The translations under genes were made by a program, and so were the position numbers. DNA of 64,000 nucleotides from Candidatus Oxydemutatoraceae bacterium (GTDB taxonomy: Bacteria; Pseudomonadota; Gammaproteobacteria; Poriferisulfidales; Oxydemutatoraceae): NCBI GenBank assembly GCA_965218975.1, contig OZ244717.1, positions 224,001 to 288,000 of the forward strand, given 5' to 3'. This document shows, in pieces, positions 62,001-64,000 of the stretch. Positions within the stretch are counted from its first letter, which is position 1. Each line of letters opens with the position of its first letter. Under the pieces are notes generated by a model. The model had not been told where the DNA came from. It ran no database searches and saw only the letters and a program-made list of their open reading frames with translations.

Positions 62001-62429
62001 GCCCGATACGACGGCAGCGACGCCGGATTTGAGGGGATTGCCAGTCTTGCAGCGAATAAACCGCCTCGCGACTGGGTTGATCCGGATTTGAACCGCGCCG
62101 CAATAGAGATTGCGGACATGGCGCAGAAGTTTTTAAGAGCCGAAACTTTTACCCGTATCCGCGGACGGCCTGAGAAACGCCAGGCCATGGCTGTCTTTAT
62201 CGGCGTGAAGGGGCGACCCGTGCCTTTGCTGGAAGAGTTTGATGTCATTGACTCCGACCGAGCGGCAATTGATGATCTTATTGAGCATGTCTCTGCCGTG
62301 CTTGAGACGGTTGATACAAATAGCCGGAGTATCGTATTGGCCGCATTGGCCGAACTTGGCGCCCGGTATATGCAAAAGCCGGACCAAGCCAAGCGAAAAA
62401 GGAAGAACGGAAAACCTACCGATGCCTGA
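59028..62429 (+). CDS. Large P-loop ATPase (SspC/BrxC-like)
   Basis: TGPYGSGKSS Walker A, LFVDEMGKFLE Walker B, EWAKIQGRF, PLHP, FGQNQRSIF, PPYGVKAG; GTG start overlaps the DUF4007 stop. Confidence 0.82.
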   Translation: MALIDQIHIARRFQKSIRIDADFGERDALHGFICPRSSGNTLLSMARHVSETNQGAFTWTGPYGSGKSSLIVALSALLGGNPHLREQAAAIFGRTLTNAIRGMLPAGMKGWRVVPVIGRRDDPVDVIGRTLETTGLVARRPRGGWTEDLLITNLMEGATNKVYGGLILFVDEMGKFLEAAAQDEVDIYIFQQLAETASRSNGRLLVIGILHQAFEEYAHRLSYEMRDEWAKIQGRFIDLPVNTTGEEQIDLISRAIGNNRRAGKPSAPSVTVAQSVYRGRTGDARQLARMLENCRPLHPVVACLLGPISRRRFGQNQRSIFGFLNSAEPHGFQDYLRTANGNSRYGPEKLWDYLQTNLEPSILASPDSHRWAFAAEAIERCESVGGDIFHVNLLKTIAVIDLFKERSGLVAGFDLLKSCFPGITAKSLKQGLKRLDDWSLTVFKKFQDAYAVFAGSDFDIDRAVGKALEEIDEIDFAALKSLAGLQPILAKRHYYETGAMRWFDVDITSACDVAESVARFETKNDVIGQFLSVIPTKGEDEDTVKKLCRDAAKSHGQWGIIVGFSEYSRAVVALARELLATDKVNNESPELAGDTVARREVSARLAELQALLERELNKSFDRAEWYRKHCVPKPYRRADLNNLVSKLADKRFDQCPKIRNELLNRQKPSGSAAGARNALLRCMVRNEGKPRLGIEGYPAEGGLFASILETTGLYSEARAGKWHFTAPPQGKTDKCRIFPMWNAAVRHIKKNNQRPVPVSELYDKIWSQPPYGVKAGLVPVLSVAFILSQRNNVAVYRESIFRARFDDIDMEYMVKNAAAIQLRWMRLNSTSRRLLSDMTEVVRDLNKNNKLLHPEPIDVARGLVAIYERLPQWAKRTMRLSANAIRVRDIFKHAYDPNKFLFDDIPTLSEGKRTGPSGAKAIRKIVSLVNEGLQELVQAYPLMLRRMRDVMLAELQVPNASRQSLAELRDRATNIKELAGDFRLDAFIGRIARYDGSDAGFEGIASLAANKPPRDWVDPDLNRAAIEIADMAQKFLRAETFTRIRGRPEKRQAMAVFIGVKGRPVPLLEEFDVIDSDRAAIDDLIEHVSAVLETVDTNSRSIVLAALAELGARYMQKPDQAKRKRKNGKPTDA

Positions 62430-63252
62430 AAAGCATGTTTTAGGATTATCCGGCGGCAGAGACAGCGCTGCGTTGGCTGTTTACATGCGGCAACATTATC
62501 CCGAGCTTGAGTTGGAATATTTCTTTACCGATACCGGCAAAGAATTACCCGAAGTTTATGAGTATCTAGGACGGTTGGAAGGGTTTCTCGGGCAGCCGAT
62601 TTTGCGCCTTAATCCGGATCGCGATTTTGACTTCTGGTTAAAGCAATATGACGGTTTCCTTCCTTCTCCTCAAACGAGATGGTGCACGAGACAATTAAAA
62701 CTTCGTCCGTTTGAAGACTGGATTCGACCGATGCTTGAAAACGGAACAAAAGTGTATAGTTACGTCGCTATTCGCGGGGATGAGGCGTATAGAAAAGGGT
62801 ATTCTCCTAAATACGAGAATTTGAAAATCAAATTGCCTTTTAAGGAGGCAGGTATAGACAAAGCCGGGGTGCTTGAAATTCTTGACGGTGCCGGGCTCGG
62901 CTTGCCCGAATATTACTCATGGCGGACTAGGAGCGGGTGCACGTTTTGTTTCTTTCAGCAGAAAATTGAGTGGGTGCGGCTGAAGGAGCGGCACCCGGAC
63001 GCATTTGAAGAAGCCAAGGCATACGAGAAAGACGCCGTTAACCACGGTTCCCCTTTCACCTGGAGTCAAGGTGAGTCCTTAGAAGAGCTGTCACAGCCGG
63101 AGCGTATTGACCAGATCAAAGAAGAACATGCGCGACGTCTTCTGCGCTTGAGGGGTAAAGTGCAGAATAATCCTTTGCGTTCCGATAGCGAGCCCTTGGA
63201 TATTGACGATTTATACGGCAAGGCAAAAGTTTGCTTGGCATGCCATAAGTAG
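62422..63252 (+). CDS. PAPS-reductase-family protein (SspD/DndC-like)
   Basis: PP-loop LSGGRDS, FTDTG, RWCT..LK, RSGCTFCFFQ, C-terminal CLACHK; start overlaps the ATPase stop. Confidence 0.88.
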   Translation: MPEKHVLGLSGGRDSAALAVYMRQHYPELELEYFFTDTGKELPEVYEYLGRLEGFLGQPILRLNPDRDFDFWLKQYDGFLPSPQTRWCTRQLKLRPFEDWIRPMLENGTKVYSYVAIRGDEAYRKGYSPKYENLKIKLPFKEAGIDKAGVLEILDGAGLGLPEYYSWRTRSGCTFCFFQQKIEWVRLKERHPDAFEEAKAYEKDAVNHGSPFTWSQGESLEELSQPERIDQIKEEHARRLLRLRGKVQNNPLRSDSEPLDIDDLYGKAKVCLACHK

Positions 63253-63395
63253 ACTTTGACTGCTTTTCGGAAATAGTTGGTAGGCACTTCGGCAACGGCT
63301 TACTTGGGGATGTTCTTGCGGGGAGGTGTGCTTGAATCTTGAAACCGAACGGATTGTCGCATACGGACGTGCGGGCACACCCACAGCGATGCAAC

Positions 63396-63866
63396 TTAGT
63401 GCTTTCTCAGCATCTTGTCGATTGCCTCCGACAGATTCCAGATCGGTTCCGCACCACCGTCCTTCAGCATCTCCAAAACATGCGGCAGCCCGGCCGCGGC
63501 AAGGCCGTTTGCGAGCGTCATCATCTTTCGCGGTTCTGACACAATATCTACGTTACCTGATTTGCTGATCGCGATTAGCATGAGCGTGTGAATACGCCAC
63601 GGATCGCTGATGAATATCGACCCGTCAACTATCTTTTTTATCTTCTTCCGCGTACTGTGTTTCGCAGTGTCAGCAGGTTTTAAGCCTAGTCGTGCCGCGA
63701 TGCAGACGGACAGAAACCAGAGATCAACCATGCGTGGAAACGGGCTTTGGTCTATTACGGTGTCGGCTTCGGCGCTTCGGCAATATCGCGTGAACGCCTC
63801 GTGGAATTCCACTGGCACGTTGATGTCAATGGTTTGAAAAGGATTGAAATATCGGTCTGCCATCAT
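63396..63866 (-). CDS. Hypothetical protein, candidate DndE-like
   Basis: 156 aa helical protein with RBS GGAGG; SPFPRMVDLWFLSVCIAARLG...ANGLAAAGL; DndE likeness is inferred from size and context. Confidence 0.5.
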   Translation of the reverse strand: MMADRYFNPFQTIDINVPVEFHEAFTRYCRSAEADTVIDQSPFPRMVDLWFLSVCIAARLGLKPADTAKHSTRKKIKKIVDGSIFISDPWRIHTLMLIAISKSGNVDIVSEPRKMMTLANGLAAAGLPHVLEMLKDGGAEPIWNLSEAIDKMLRKH

Positions 63867-63872
63867 CGCCTC

Positions 63873-64000
63873 CTATGACGCCACGCCTGGTTCGACTCGC
63901 GGGTCTGGGCGGCGCCGGCAGAGCTGGCATTCGTCCTTGTGATCGCATTCGCAGCGGAGGACCCTGCGTTCTTCAATGCCGGGATCGTTCACGAGCATTT
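63873..64000 (-). CDS. C-terminal tail of an upstream gene (5' part outside window), Cys/His-rich, possibly a DndD/SMC-like ATPase
   Basis: ...LVNDPGIEERRVLRCECDHKDECQLCRRRPDPRVEPGVAS*; the stop overlaps the RBS of the next gene. Confidence 0.45.
   Translation of the reverse strand, partial: MLVNDPGIEERRVLRCECDHKDECQLCRRRPDPRVEPGVAS

Overview
Chromosomal window from a Gammaproteobacterium, probably a sulfur-oxidising and possibly host-associated lineage (inferred from soeABC and the ankyrin, FGE-type and GlyGly-CTERM surface proteins). The core blocks are: a PQQ-alcohol-dehydrogenase-associated ABC/beta-propeller cluster with acs, an aldehyde dehydrogenase, a TonB-dependent receptor, an ankyrin protein and a Tat-signal deacetylase; soeABC; apbC-dcd; argD-argF; phoU/pstCAB/phoBR with a Pho box; egtD/egtC/egtB; a Na+/alanine symporter; nadC; a MoxR-Bat operon; and class I fba. 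Seven decayed relics of one IS481-type element lie between these blocks. Four of them carry a ~97-98 nt multi-hairpin repeat (15 copies, including a 7-unit A/B-alternating array) whose palindrome shows compensatory changes. Other accessory content: a complete IS1595 passenger transposon with IRs and an 8-bp TSD; an FGE/C-lectin-fold protein with a DGR-like variable tail; a CfrBI-type R-M system whose methylase carries HEAT repeats, next to a partial tRNA-Ser; and, at the right end, an SspABCD-like phosphorothioation locus facing a candidate DndD/DndE-like pair. All calls come from motif recognition by eye; no searches were run.
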